A stretch of 53,888 bases of DNA, counting the filler, from Stramenopiles sp. TOSAG23-2 (taxonomy: Eukaryota): assembly GCA_900128395.1 (NCBI GenBank). It is 4 parts of 4 records of this genome, joined end to end, with 100 filler letters (N's around TTAATTAATTAA, not from the genome) between each part and the next. Parts side by side here need not be neighbours in the genome. Positions count along the whole stretch, not along the records: positions 13,521 to 26,930 come from LT649803.1; positions 27,031 to 40,415 come from LT649804.1; 2 more parts are not named here. The stretch is one strand, 5' to 3'. The notes under the pieces were generated by a model. It was not told where the DNA came from. It did not search any database and saw only the letters and a program-made list of their open reading frames with translations. Each line of letters opens with the position of its first letter. Positions within the stretch are counted from its first letter, which is position 1. Positions 23,901-36,296 of this stretch are shown one piece after another. The position numbers were made by a program, and so were the translations under genes.

Positions 23901-26405
23901 ATTGGAAAGATGTAAAAGCAAAATTTGGATATTGGCGCCATGAAGCAGATATGGCAAAACGTAGCGAGTTTACAAAATGTTTATTTCCACCTGCATGCCA
24001 AGGAGATTCCAATGTGATGTTTAAAGACCAATTTGCAAATTCAACAGGATTTGATCCAGCAAGCATTGATAGACCAGAAGGTTGTGCGTATGATATAGGA
24101 TATTCCATTAAATGTTTAGGTGATGGCGCACCACGTTGTCGGTTATGTTCAACATGTGCGATTGGGTACAAACGTAAGATTCAAGATGGTATGGCTCGAT
24201 GTAGTAAATGCCCTGTAAAAACAGCAAATGTGTTTTTACTGATAGGTGGAATAATTGTTGTTATTGTGTTACTGGTAATGTTTATAAAATCACATTTAGA
24301 AAGTGGTGGTAAACGTACAACCGCTGATATGTATAAAATTATCATTATCAATTATTTACAATTAAGTTCATTAACAGCTGGAATGGATGTGCCATGGCCA
24401 AATGTGCTTGGATTTGTATTTGAGATACAAGGTGTTATTAGTACGATTGGGGAGCATTTGTTGAGTCCCGATTGTGAATTGCAAGGTGAGTCATATATAT
24501 ACACACACACACACACACTGTAACTCGATACTAACCAAGCATTTTAAATATCAATCGAACATTTTAAATTTTATTAACAATTTACAACATTATGCAATAA
24601 TATTAGGAATGCGTGCTTCTGATTTGATATATGCAAAACAAATTGGATACTTGTTACTACCATGGATATTAGCATCGTTATCGTATATTGGTTGGAGAAT
24701 CATTAGTTATAAACAAGGTCGTATATTTACGTTTAGAGGATTTGATGATAGATCCCCATCCTTGCTTGATGGTTGTGTTGCAACGATTGTATTTTTACTT
24801 TATTTAATGTATCCATCATTATGTCGAAGTGCATTTGCATTGATTATGTGCATTACCGTAGATGGCAAATCGTATTTATTAGCTGATTTACAAGAACCAT
24901 GTTTTGAAGGTAGACATTTAATGTGGTTTTTATGTTCCACGATACCACAGATATTATTATATGTCATTGGATTGCCGTTGTTTGGCTTTTTTACTATTCG
25001 TAAATATGCAAAGAATCAACGATTGCAACATCAAATTACGCAATTTCGCTATGGCATGTTGTACTCCGGATATCGTGTTGAACGATGGTGGTGGGATTTA
25101 ATTGTTGCATTTCGTAAAGCATCGGTTGCATTGATTACCTCATGGTTGGTTGGTGAATTTGAAGTGCATACAACTATTGGTATGCTCACATTTGTAATGA
25201 TACTGAATGTTTGGGGTAATCCATACACCGATTTAGCTATTAAAGACAATACAGATAAAAACGTAAGTCGTGGACAGAAATTATTGTTGCTAGATACATC
25301 TGCAAATTTTATTATATTTGTAACAGCATGGTCTGGATTATTTTTTATTATATATCCGCATTGTGAACATCATACAGGATGGTGCATAGCAATGGTTGGA
25401 ATTGTGGCATTTGTAAATGCTCTTTTTTTGATTTTTTGTCTTGTTATATTTTTAAATGAAAAATACAAGGAAGGCAGGTTTGAATATATTGATCATCTGA
25501 GAAATCTTAAGAAGAAAATGGTAAGTTTTGCTTTGGGTTTGTGGATTGAAGCGTACATCAAGTGGTGGAGTTTCTCAGATAACTGCATTTGATTCTGTGT
25601 GGAGCGAAACAAACCCCTCTATACACAAAATTATTGCAAAACAATATCTAACATATTATATATATATATATATATACGAAAGCCATGCTTACGTGTTTGT
25701 ATCCGTGTAGATGATAAACCAGGATATAATGAGGCTAGATTACGAATCAAATATGAAAAAGAGAAAGAAATACAACAACGTTCAAGATCACAATCAAACC
25801 CTTTAAAATATAGAAAAAGTTTTGTGAAAGAAAAGTCAGTAGTTAATCCAATGATGGATTTTGCTCTTGATACAAATGCTAATGGAGATATTGAAATGGT
25901 TGGAAATCCAATGGGTAATAATAATAATCGTAAAAAACAATATAGACGTAAACGTGGTAGAACAATGAGTATTATCGATAATTTGAAGGATGAGACATCA
26001 CAACAAAATATTCGATTTAATAATGTTTTGAGTAGATCAAAGCGTTTGAAAGAGCTTGCAATAAAAGTGCGAAAGGCGAAGGACATGAAGAAACAAAAGA
26101 TGATGAAGAAGAAAGGTGAAGATGTAGAAATTGTTGAAAGTGGTAGTGTTGAAAAATTTGAGATACATATGGGGAAAGGTGGTAGACAGGAAGCAATTGG
26201 GCGTGGATGGCATAAAGTTGTGGTAACAAATAGTCAGAAAGTTTTGTATTTTAATGAATATACAGGAAGTATGACTGATAAACATCCATTTGGATTGTTG
26301 GAGGGGTGGATTATGATGTTTGATGAGGGTACAGGTCAATTTTATTACTATCATGGAGGGAGTGGGGAAACAAAATGGAAACGACCGATGAATGTGAATC
26401 GGTAG
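14993..26405 (+). CDS. Giant multi-lectin multipass membrane receptor, ~3,709 aa; exons 14993-24485, 24607-25520, 25683-26405
   Basis: GGxI/GGG beta-helix repeats, 2 Link-like modules, 2 F-type-lectin-like domains, C-type lectin (EPS/WND), 2 pentraxin domains, PAN-like module, IPT/TIG, FN3-like, Cys-rich stalk, multipass domain (YLQLSSL, VPWP, YLLADL..C, YGMLYSGY...WWW, RK, PY) and C-terminal WW domain(s); both introns join in frame. Exact start codon uncertain. Confidence 0.85.
24486..24606 (+). other. Spliceosomal intron (phase 1)
   Basis: CAAG|GTGAGT...ATTAG|GA with CA microsatellite; joins ELQG-MRASD in frame. Confidence 0.85.
25521..25682 (+). other. Spliceosomal intron (phase 0)
   Basis: ATG|GTAAGT donor, CTAAC branch-like at ~25648, AAG|CCA acceptor gives KKM-PCLRV in frame with the WW exon. 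Confidence 0.7.
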
Positions 26406-26930
26406 TAGTTGTTGAGGTAGTATAGATGAAACAATGAAAAATATTTTGGATGGATGTTGGTTTGTATAGATATATAGCGAAGACGCAGTATACAGATGGT
26501 AAGCGAAGAGGCGAGGATCTCGACTAGTATAGAGATATGTTTTACTACTAGTAGAGAAACTGATTTGCATTTTCTTGGTTTCTATAGGCAACACAATTTC
26601 CTGAAAAATTAAAAATTGATGAAAATATTTTTTAGTCTAGATTTAGTATAATTTCCGCAAAACAAATTATTATTGTGATTTTTTCTTTTATTCTAATTAG
26701 TATACTTTTCCTATCAAACCAATTGTATATTTTCTCATTTTCTCTGATGGAATAGATCTTCCAGATCCAAATCTACGTTTTCCCATCAGGAATAGCACTG
26801 AATAGCATTGCTATAGAAATGGTGTAAGACAGAAGAAAGTATATATATTCTATATCCTTCTGTGTGTTGTATTAATAAAATGAAGAAGTATAAAGAGGCA
26901 GAGGAAGCACAAAAGCTGATGCATATAGAA

Positions 26931-27030
26931 NNNNNNNNNNNNNNNNNNNNNNNNNNNNNNNNNNNNNNNNNNNNTTAATTAATTAANNNNNNNNNNNNNN
27001 NNNNNNNNNNNNNNNNNNNNNNNNNNNNNN
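26931..27030. other. Artificial contig spacer
   Basis: N44-TTAATTAATTAA-N44. Confidence 0.98.
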
Positions 27031-28159
27031 TATACTAAAGTCATACTTAATATAAATATTTTACTAGTTTTAAGGAATTTTACGTCAAAAAGGACCTTCT
27101 TAAGGCTGTTCCCCTATATGCCAAATCGGCACCTTTGATCTTTTGTGCTGTCGTATGTATTTTGATGTGCACATTTAACAAGTGTGTGTATATGTGTTAT
27201 TGTGCAGACCGAGGAAGTGAAAAAGAAGAGAGAGCTAGCGTGTGTTTTTGTATATCTGTTTATATATTTTTATATATGTATACGCTTTCATCGTAGTTTC
27301 AAAAATATATATGATATCTGTTGTATCGGACGAGCGTACATATATAATAAAAAGATGTTACGCGATATTTTTAATAGCGTGAAGGAAGGCATGTTTCCGT
27401 GGAATGTAATCTTGCTGTGTATGTTATCAGCGTTTAAAACCAGAAAGAAACAACAACGAGAATCGACCATATCCATCATAAACACACACTTTAACGATAC
27501 AAACAAAAATAGTAATTTTTATGAAAAAGGTGGGCATTGATGATATAAAACGGTATGAGGGCAAAAAAAAACTTAAAACCGCGCTTGTTCGGCTGAGACG
27601 ATTGTCGACAGTTGATGTATTGCAAACAAAATATTGATGATGAAACTTCTTTAAGCTCAGAGCTCCACCGTTGATCTGATTGATCTATGAATAGAAAAGA
27701 GGTATAATAACGATTAGAAGTTTTCGGAAAATTTTCATCATCCAAAATTTTATGTAAAACTCGAATCTCCGTGATGTGTAAGCGTTTATATATCAATTGT
27801 AAAATATCATTATTTTATACACCTTAAGTAGATATGCACATATTATGATATAAATATGATCTAAATCAATAGTAGATAAATTAATAAGGTTCCAGCTTTC
27901 ATCATCTCACCTTCCTTTTCCTTTAAAAAGCATCCAACACAATATTAATATTGAACGAATTGCACAATTGCACAATTGTTTCCTACAATGCAACGTGCCA
28001 ACCAATGTGCCAATCAATAATAAAATAAAAATAAATAATAGATACACTGCCAGACTGCATGAACAGATACATAAGTATGTATAGTCTAACAACAACCTCG
28101 TGTTGATGATAATATAACTATACCATTATATTCACCTGTACCAAAAAGAAAGAATAGAA

Positions 28160-31100
28160 ATGAAATCTTCAACCATATATTACATGATTATATTATGTTT
28201 TCTAATTGTTTTTATATATAATCTATTAAACTCGTTGTTAAATATTAAATATGTACATGCGAATAATCAAATTATTATACAATTTAAAAATAAATTACAA
28301 GAAAATGAAAATAAAGAGTTACCAAAAACATTATTAAAAAACACTACAATTGTAAATATTACTACTACTACCACTACCAATGACAATAACAATAATAACA
28401 TCATCATCAACCATAATCGTAATGGAAGAGGATATTTTAAATTTGCAAATGATCCTAAATATTGTGACAGAAGAAAATATAATACAGGATGGATAACATG
28501 TTTTGCAAAGGGAAACATCATCAACCATAATCGTAATGGAAGAGGATATTTTAAATTTGCAAATGATCCTAAATATTGTGACAGAAGAAAATATAATACA
28601 GGATGGATAACATGTTTTGCAAAGGGAAATGTAGAAAATTTAAGAGAAAATTTTTTAAAGTTTAATTTAATAGAAGTTCCAGCATTTCCAACTGTTAATA
28701 GTGGAAATCCGTTTCAATTATTATGGGAGTTAGCTGACCAAGCAGATACTCGTAATTTTAAAGGTTATAAACTATTAAATAAAATTCAAAAAATAAATCA
28801 TTTTCCAGGCGTACGACAACTCGGTAATAAAGCTTTTTTACAAAGAAATATGCAAGTTGCAGTTAATAAATATGGATTGAAAATCTATAATATTTTTCCA
28901 TTATCATTTAAAGTTCCAACACAAATTGAAAAATTTACCAATGTACATAATAAACTTGTTAAAAAACAACAATTAAATGATGTAATAATTAATAATGTTA
29001 ATAATAATAATAATAATAATAAAATATCATGGATTTTAAAACTATCCGGTAAAGATAGAGGTGAAGGATTGAAACTGATTAATGGACCAAATGATTTAGA
29101 TAAGAAATCTCGAGGGATCGTACAACAATATATAAAAAATCCATATTTATTAGAAGGAAGGAAATTTACAATTCGACTATATGCTGTATATACTTCATTG
29201 AAACCTGCTAGAATATATATATACCTGGAAGGTTTTTGTCATATAGCAACAGAAAAATATTCATCAAATGTAAAAGAAATAAAAAATCGATATATGCATA
29301 TAACGAACCCAGATATATCAGGGAAAAGAGATTTTTACAAGAAAAACCCACGGCCTTATTATTGGTCGATATCTGAAATGAGAAATTACATGCGTAAAAA
29401 TAATGTAGATGATGATAAACTATGGGGAGAAATAAAAGTATTAGTTGCTAAAACATTGCTTTCTGGTATTGATAATTTGAAAAAATATTCACGGAAAATA
29501 AAAATATCAAATGAATTTGATATTATGAAACAACAAAATTGTTTTGAATTAATTGGCTTGGATATATTAGTAGATGCAAATTTCAAACCATGGTTATTGG
29601 AAGTTAATCCAGATCCAGATCTTTCCGCAAAATCAAATTTTCCTTTAGCAAAACACGTTAAATCTGATTTATTACATGATTTATTACAGTTGATTGGTAT
29701 TTTACCTCTTGATCCTTCATTTCCTCAAAGAACGAAAAAAAAAAGTCACAAGCAAGAGTTTATAGATAAGATGACGGAATTGCTCTTTACATATCCAGAT
29801 AATAGCAAAGCTATTACATTTTTAAGCAATAATATGTTTCGAGATGGTATTTTTTATGGTAAATTATTACATGCAGATGATCCAAAATATGTTTCAAAAC
29901 ATGCCAAATGTCATATTATTACCTTGTATAATCAATGTAAATTTATAAGTGAAAAAGATTTCATACAATACATTCCAGAATTTGTTGAATCGGAATTAGA
30001 ATTGAGACGTATTAAATTTAATAAAGGAGCAGGCTCGAAATTTGGTAAACGTTTTGAACGTGTTTTACCGAGCCCAGATCCAAGTTATTTAAAATGGTTT
30101 GAAACAAAAAAAGATAATGATATCGATAAATTTATGTCTTGTTTTGAGAAAGCATTTATTGACCATCGTTGTGGCAAAAAGAATTTCTTTGGCAAACGAA
30201 ACTTAAACAAAATGCAATTGGAGAAGAACAACAATGTCAATGTTCAATACCACGGCTTGCCATTGGGTAACAATGTAAATATGCAATCACCACTATTGCC
30301 ACCATTATTGCCATTCAGTAAGAAATACTTTGGCAAGGGAAAGTTAAACAATATCCGGGCGAAATACTACAAAAAGAACGTGGACAAGAAGAACAATGCA
30401 AATCCAACGATATCATTGAAAAAACCACACCCATTTTTTAGAACAAATAATAAAAAATGCGAATATAACTGTCAACACGAATGGATAGCTGATAAAGGGC
30501 ATTACGAAATGTTGAAAAATCTTCAAAGAAGCCCTAAAACGGACGATTTTCTTAAAACTATTGTTAACTTTTTAGGCGAAAATAAAGTAGTTGAATTGGC
30601 CACAGATAAAGCATGGGAAGCAAGAATCATAAGAGACAAAACTTGTAATTTTAACATCATTGATCTTGGTAGTTCCGTTCCTGTCCGATCAATTGAGCTA
30701 TGCCGATTTATAAAATGTTGCAATCATTTAAGTGCAATGGACCCCTCCAAATTAGCAATGAAAAGAGGACGTTCATACGCAAAGGAACGGTTAGGTGATG
30801 TTTTTGACTTTAAACCAATTGTAGGCTTAATCAATACCGTCAAAGCATCGGCATTTGGTAAAAAAAAAGAGCAATATGACTTGGTAATGACAGCACAGAT
30901 GTTACAACATGTGCCACGTACTAGCTATGTTGAAACATTTAAAATATTGCATGATAATATAAAATTTGGAGGGCATATAATTACAAATGAAATTTCAATG
31001 GCACCATTAAATAGAGCAACAATAATGAACCCCAAGTTTTGGGTACCACTTAATTTATATTATCGTAGAATGGAAAATTGTATACATGGTGAGATTTTTT

Positions 31101-31558
31101 CTGCATATTTATATTTAACACAACGTTATGAATATGAATATATGTTATGTGATAAATACTCAGAGTTGTCAAAACGACAAAAAGATGTTTCGTATGTTTA
31201 TAACAAAAAAAAAGATACAAATAAAGCAAAGATAAATATACCAGAACCAATAGATTGGTATAAAAGAAAGATGGATGATAAAGAAATATCAAATAAATAT
31301 CCAAAGGGAAGAATGTTAATGGATGGTTTAGGGGATAAATGGGCTTATAATATGCGAATGTGTACTGGGATTTTAAGAAAGAAAAAATTAAACGAGTTAC
31401 CACCAGATTTACCTCCATTTGAAAAACAAATATCAAATATTATTAAAAAATTAAAAACACCTGGATATGACAAGTCTTGTAAATATTCGTCCAATGTTGG
31501 AGTAAAAGATGTTTCCAAATCAAAACAATCTATAGATGCAAATCTTGGTTTGTACTGA
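28160..31558 (+). CDS. Signal-anchored tubulin-tyrosine-ligase-like (TTL/ATP-grasp) protein with C-terminal class I SAM methyltransferase-like domain
   Basis: N-terminal hydrophobic anchor; NHFPG..LGNK, WILK..RGEG, IVQQYIKNPYLLEGRKF.IRLY, HITN, CFELIGLDILVD..KPWLLEVN.DP; then IIDLGS, YDLV....MLQHVP, IKFGGHII. Confidence 0.85.
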   Translation: MKSSTIYYMIILCFLIVFIYNLLNSLLNIKYVHANNQIIIQFKNKLQENENKELPKTLLKNTTIVNITTTTTTNDNNNNNIIINHNRNGRGYFKFANDPKYCDRRKYNTGWITCFAKGNIINHNRNGRGYFKFANDPKYCDRRKYNTGWITCFAKGNVENLRENFLKFNLIEVPAFPTVNSGNPFQLLWELADQADTRNFKGYKLLNKIQKINHFPGVRQLGNKAFLQRNMQVAVNKYGLKIYNIFPLSFKVPTQIEKFTNVHNKLVKKQQLNDVIINNVNNNNNNNKISWILKLSGKDRGEGLKLINGPNDLDKKSRGIVQQYIKNPYLLEGRKFTIRLYAVYTSLKPARIYIYLEGFCHIATEKYSSNVKEIKNRYMHITNPDISGKRDFYKKNPRPYYWSISEMRNYMRKNNVDDDKLWGEIKVLVAKTLLSGIDNLKKYSRKIKISNEFDIMKQQNCFELIGLDILVDANFKPWLLEVNPDPDLSAKSNFPLAKHVKSDLLHDLLQLIGILPLDPSFPQRTKKKSHKQEFIDKMTELLFTYPDNSKAITFLSNNMFRDGIFYGKLLHADDPKYVSKHAKCHIITLYNQCKFISEKDFIQYIPEFVESELELRRIKFNKGAGSKFGKRFERVLPSPDPSYLKWFETKKDNDIDKFMSCFEKAFIDHRCGKKNFFGKRNLNKMQLEKNNNVNVQYHGLPLGNNVNMQSPLLPPLLPFSKKYFGKGKLNNIRAKYYKKNVDKKNNANPTISLKKPHPFFRTNNKKCEYNCQHEWIADKGHYEMLKNLQRSPKTDDFLKTIVNFLGENKVVELATDKAWEARIIRDKTCNFNIIDLGSSVPVRSIELCRFIKCCNHLSAMDPSKLAMKRGRSYAKERLGDVFDFKPIVGLINTVKASAFGKKKEQYDLVMTAQMLQHVPRTSYVETFKILHDNIKFGGHIITNEISMAPLNRATIMNPKFWVPLNLYYRRMENCIHGEIFSAYLYLTQRYEYEYMLCDKYSELSKRQKDVSYVYNKKKDTNKAKINIPEPIDWYKRKMDDKEISNKYPKGRMLMDGLGDKWAYNMRMCTGILRKKKLNELPPDLPPFEKQISNIIKKLKTPGYDKSCKYSSNVGVKDVSKSKQSIDANLGLY
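28402..28629. repeat. 114-bp in-frame tandem duplication
   Basis: 28402-28515 = 28516-28629. Confidence 0.95.
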
Positions 31559-33956
31559 AATATGAAATAAAATACACACAACAAACTTGTGTGTGTACTG
31601 CTGTGTGCGTCTGTGTTAGTGGAGAGTATGTGTTTGTAAAAAAAATACTGTGCAATGTAGCATTGTTGATATTCTTACAATTTGCACATTGTTTTCGTAA
31701 TGAATCATTAAATAATGTACATGCTTTCCTTCGCCTTTGGCGATTACGCCATCTACCACGTTTACTTGGTCGTTTTGCGTGAGGTGGAACTGGCAATATG
31801 TACAGTGACAATGAATATCTAATTGAGATATCAACAAGTTCAGAAATATATTCACGCACAGTCTCTTCAATTGCTTCCTTTAACGTTTTGTAATGACCTT
31901 TATCTAATGCTCTACCAATACCTTCCCGTACATCGATTTCACCAGCACTTATAATTAATTCTTTTGGTGAGGAATTGTTATGAATCTCCTGCAAAGCATT
32001 ATGCAACGCTGTATATGTATAAAATTGTGTATTTTTTCGAAAGTGCCATGCTTTGATTCCAGTTATTAAAATTGGAATACATGTACGTTTTTCAGAATGT
32101 ATACTTAATGATCTCCATCCATAGGTTAATGTATGAGAATCTCCAATAACAAAAAGTGGTGGATATGGTATTGTATTTAATTTATTCAATTCTTGCCATC
32201 TTACAATTGGATTTGTAAAAAGCGACATTTTAGTATACCATTTCTCATTACATATATTACTTTCTTCTTCTTTATTTGTCCTATGGTCGTTACTGATATA
32301 AAAGACTGTCAATTTATCACTGTCTTTTGTTATATTCTTCTTCTTCTTCTTGTTGTTGCTTTTCTTCTTCTTGTTTTTTTTATCGTTTTTGTTAGCATTT
32401 TTATTATTATCAAAATCAACTTCATCTTTTATTAATGCTTGTATAAATAAAAAGAAAGCCCAATGGCTTTTAAATCGACGCTTAATTTCAACTTTTAAAT
32501 TATTTGAAAATTCTTCGATTTCGGTAATAAGTTTTAATATCATATCTATTGATTGTGGTCCGTATCCATGCAAATCTTTGTTGTCGCTGTATTTTGATGA
32601 ATTATTATTACTACTACTATTATCATCTTTATTGTTCTGATGATAATAGTAATATACAGGCGATATATACAATAATTTCAATAATAATAATGTTGATATT
32701 GGAAATTTTTGATAAATTGTATATGTAACAGTAGTTGTATTATCGTCATTGTGTTTTTTTAAGAACAGATCATGATTTATATTTTCATTGAAGAAAATTT
32801 TATTTATCAAAATATCGATTGCATCAAAAATATATAAACAAGAATGTTCTAAACATTCTGTGTAAAATACTGCACATGTATCTAAATGATCAAATTCTTC
32901 TTTTGTATATGAAATATAATTATTTTCATAATGGTTCAAGTAATAATCAAATGCAAGCTTAAAATGATCGATTGATTCATTAACATTTCCAATACCTAAC
33001 ATTTCATTTCCAATAGCTTGATGATATTGTGCCGCAGCACGAAGTGAATGCATCTTATCATTGGTATTATTACCATTGCCGCCATCATCATCATAATTAT
33101 TATTATTGAAATTATTATCAGCACTACTATTTTTTTGCTCAATTTCATTAATTGCAGTTTTCAAAATATTAATTCGACAAATTCTTGTTTCAATAGTTGA
33201 TGGTTTAGAAGAGATTTCAGTTGAATTTAAACTCATCTCATTATCAGCACTACTATTTTTTTGCTCAATTTCATTAATTGCAGTTTTCAAAATATTAATT
33301 CGACAAATTCTTGTTTCAATAGTTGATGGTTTAGAAGAGATTTCAGTTGAATTTAAACTCATCTCTGCCATTTTAAAAGCACCATCCAATGTTTTGTTCC
33401 CGCCTATTAACAAATATTGATTAGAACGGTGAGTGTTAGGAGGATTTTATTTGAACAAAATATAATCATGGTCGTATATACTTACCTATAAAGCCTGATT
33501 TCTGAATGAAAGTAGCTCCATCCACTTTGCACATAGCAAATATTTTATTTGAACAAAATATAATCATGGTCGTATATACTTACCTATAAAGCCTGATTTC
33601 TGAATGAAAGTAGCTCCATCCACTTTGCACATAGCAAATAAAGTTTCATCGCATAGACCCCACCACGATGGTGGAAAAGGGCGCCGGACTTCTAGCGACA
33701 TTTGATATGGAGTTTGTTGATTTTTTTCATTAAATGTTGAATGTAAAGGTATAGCTTGAATTCTCCATCCACCCCAACCAAAAAAAATAATATATTTTAC
33801 CATTGTTTTGACATTTATTTCTTTCTCCGCTTCATGAATTTCTTTTTTCCATGGTATAAATTGTTTTAATATAACAATTTCAGGATGGCCATTGTTTATT
33901 GCTGCTTTCAACGCTGATAATACGGTTTCCTCTTCGTCTGTGACTAGTGTCGTCAT
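31530..33956 (-). CDS. MYG1 C-terminal domain fused to a helical region and an SGNH/GDSL-like domain; exons 33956-33584 and 33403-31530, 3' end uncertain
   Basis: Exon 1: PWK, WRIQAIP, RRPFP..WWGL.D, ATF..SGFI; intron G|GTAAGT...CTAAC...TAG|GC joins SGFIG-GNKTLDGAFKMA, the MYG1 terminal motif; exon 2: FVIGDSH and SAGEIDVREG (SGNH blocks I and III). Confidence 0.75.
33114..33365. repeat. 126-bp in-frame tandem duplication
   Basis: 33114-33239 = 33240-33365. Confidence 0.95.
33444..33639. repeat. 98-bp tandem duplication covering an exon end and splice donor
   Basis: 33444-33541 = 33542-33639. Confidence 0.95.
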
Positions 33957-34029
33957 ACTCTTGTTTAGTAATATTAATTATCATTGGTGATATCTCTATG
34001 TTTTTTGTATAGCATCGTGATATAATTTT

Positions 34030-34257
34030 GGATATTATATTATTAGTCTTGGGCATTAATTCATTTTCTTATTTCAAGTGCAAATGGCAAACACAAAAAA
34101 AAACTACACACATGGAGAGAGAAGGGGGGTTTTTGAAATACGAGGATATTATATTATTAGTCTTGGGCATTAATTCATTTTCTTATTTCAAGTGCAAATG
34201 GCAAACACAAAAAAAAACTACACACATGGAGAGAGAAGGGGGGTTTTTGAAATACGA
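34030..34257. repeat. 114-bp intergenic tandem duplication
   Basis: 34030-34143 = 34144-34257. Confidence 0.95.
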
Positions 34258-34481
34258 GAGTACGAAAACACTGCACATGTGAGAGTAGTTACATTTATTT
34301 CTTACACAGATGTCATATATATATATATATATACTCTTTCGTATTTTAAAAAAATTAAAAAAGACGCACAACCTCAAAAAATACGCGCGAGATCCGAATC
34401 GTATATTACGAAAAATAAATCCGGAACAATATATCTGCTTCCTCCTCCATATTATATTGAGATTAATAAAAAAAATACATA

Positions 34482-34771
34482 ATGTGTTTCTCAAAATTAT
34501 TCAGTAGTAGTCGTTTCAGCTTCAGGGAATGGTGGATGATATGTTTTCTGTGGATTATAATGTTCACCACATAATGTTAGATAAATCTCATTGTTGACTG
34601 GTACTTGTACATTGCAATCGGCATATATGTGTTTCTCAAAATTATTCAGTAGTAGTCGTTTCAGCTTCAGGGAATGGTGGATGATATGTTTTCTGTGGAT
34701 TATAATGTTCACCACATAATGTTAGATAAATCTCATTGTTGACTGGTACTTGTACATTGCAATCGGCATAT
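34482..34771. repeat. 145-bp tandem duplication of the PDE 3' end
   Basis: 34482-34626 = 34627-34771. Confidence 0.95.
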
Positions 34772-36296
34772 TTTTTCCAACATGCAATGTTATTTTCAAT
34801 GTTTTTCACCATTGGAGTTACAACCTCTGGACAGAATTTTTGCATGGGCTTGTATAATGGCAATGCCACAAATTGTAGAAATCCCATTTGTGATTTTGGT
34901 AAATAATCTTTCACCCGATCCATAAATCCCAATACTGGCAAATCATTTTCTTTCTCTTTGTCACCTTGCATATAAAATTCTTCAACACAACGTTGAGACC
35001 ATTTATAATGCGTATCAAAGTTACGGGCAGGATGAGACACATCCCCTATTTTTAATATCATTTGCATCACTAACGCCACGTGATCATTGTTATCCCATTT
35101 AATATTATTTTCTGGGTCATCTTGAATTAAATTTTTAAATTGGCCAACTATTTCAAAGTTTTTTGCCATATCAGTTGCTAATACAGTTGATATACAAATT
35201 TTTCTAAATTTTTTCTGGTCATCAATTTGAAAGTTTTTTGTAATTTTGCATGAATCATCACTCATTGCGACAAATGCCATGGCAACATGATGATTCTCCA
35301 ATGGACTTTGATCATTATATGCTAATGCTAATTGATCCCCAGTATTTATTAAAAAAGAATTGTTCAATCCTGGATGATCATAATCATGAATAGCAGCAGA
35401 TATGATTAGTGAAAAACGTTCTAACTTGTTCATATTAGTTGCGTTGCTAGCATGGAGTAAAAAATGTGTAGTGGCCTGCACAACATCTGCAGCGTGAATT
35501 TTATTATGATATGTATTGGAAGATCGATACCCTTTCTCAACGCAACGGCAAAACTTTGCCAAAACACTTTCATCAATATTTAAAGAAGAAAACAAATCAA
35601 ACTCTTCTAAAGCAAATACGACAAGATGTAACAATGGGTTTTTAGTAGTTTTAGCAAGTAAATGGACATCATAATCCCATTCAAACGGCTTACAAGTTTG
35701 ACCTTCTTCAATATTTTTTAAACCTAAATCTTTGTGTATTTTGGAATGCTGGCTCCCATCACTAGTGAAACTAGAGCCACTATTACCCCTATTCAACACA
35801 CTACGTTTCTTAGCTTCTTTGTTCATACTAGGCGCTGCAATAGTTGCTATTAGCTCCCCAACATGTTCATCCATCGGATTTTCTTGTGGGAAAATATTAT
35901 CCGTATTAAAATTCAATTTACCATCTACATGTTTTGCTAATATATCTTTCATTTCTTTCACTGCTTCTTGACATTTGCTAATTTTACCCTCAATCACTAC
36001 ATTACTTTCGTTATCTTTCTCGTTATTCTGACTATTGTCCACCTTTAAATTTTCGTTAATAAACTCTAATAGTTTATTAAATTTAATTAAAGGTGTATCA
36101 TCTTGTAATATTTTACCTTGTGGTTTCGGTGAATCCGTGACACTTGTATTATTATTATTAATATCCGTATCTAGATTTTTCGCCTCCTCCAATTTCCTTG
36201 GCGTCGTGGTTTCGGTGAATCCGTGACACTTGTATTATTATTATTAATATCCGTATCTAGATTTTTCGCCTCCTCCAATTTCCTTGGCGTCGACAT
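34642..36296 (-). CDS. Class I 3',5'-cyclic nucleotide phosphodiesterase (522 aa after removing an 86-bp duplication; start MSTPRK at 36296)
   Basis: YHNKIHAADV, HDYDHPGLNN, LENHH, LATDM, DVSHP, EEFYMQGDKE, SQMGF. Confidence 0.93.
36120..36291. repeat. 86-bp tandem duplication (frameshifts PDE start)
   Basis: 36120-36205 = 36206-36291. Confidence 0.95.

Noticed and set aside
16198..24171. Many 60-120 aa antisense or alternate-frame ORFs within long genes
   Set aside because: Shadows of the real coding strand with no independent motifs
27184..28095. Short ORFs at the start of the third contig
   Set aside because: No recognisable motif and frames interrupted; possibly a degraded or multi-exon gene but unsupported
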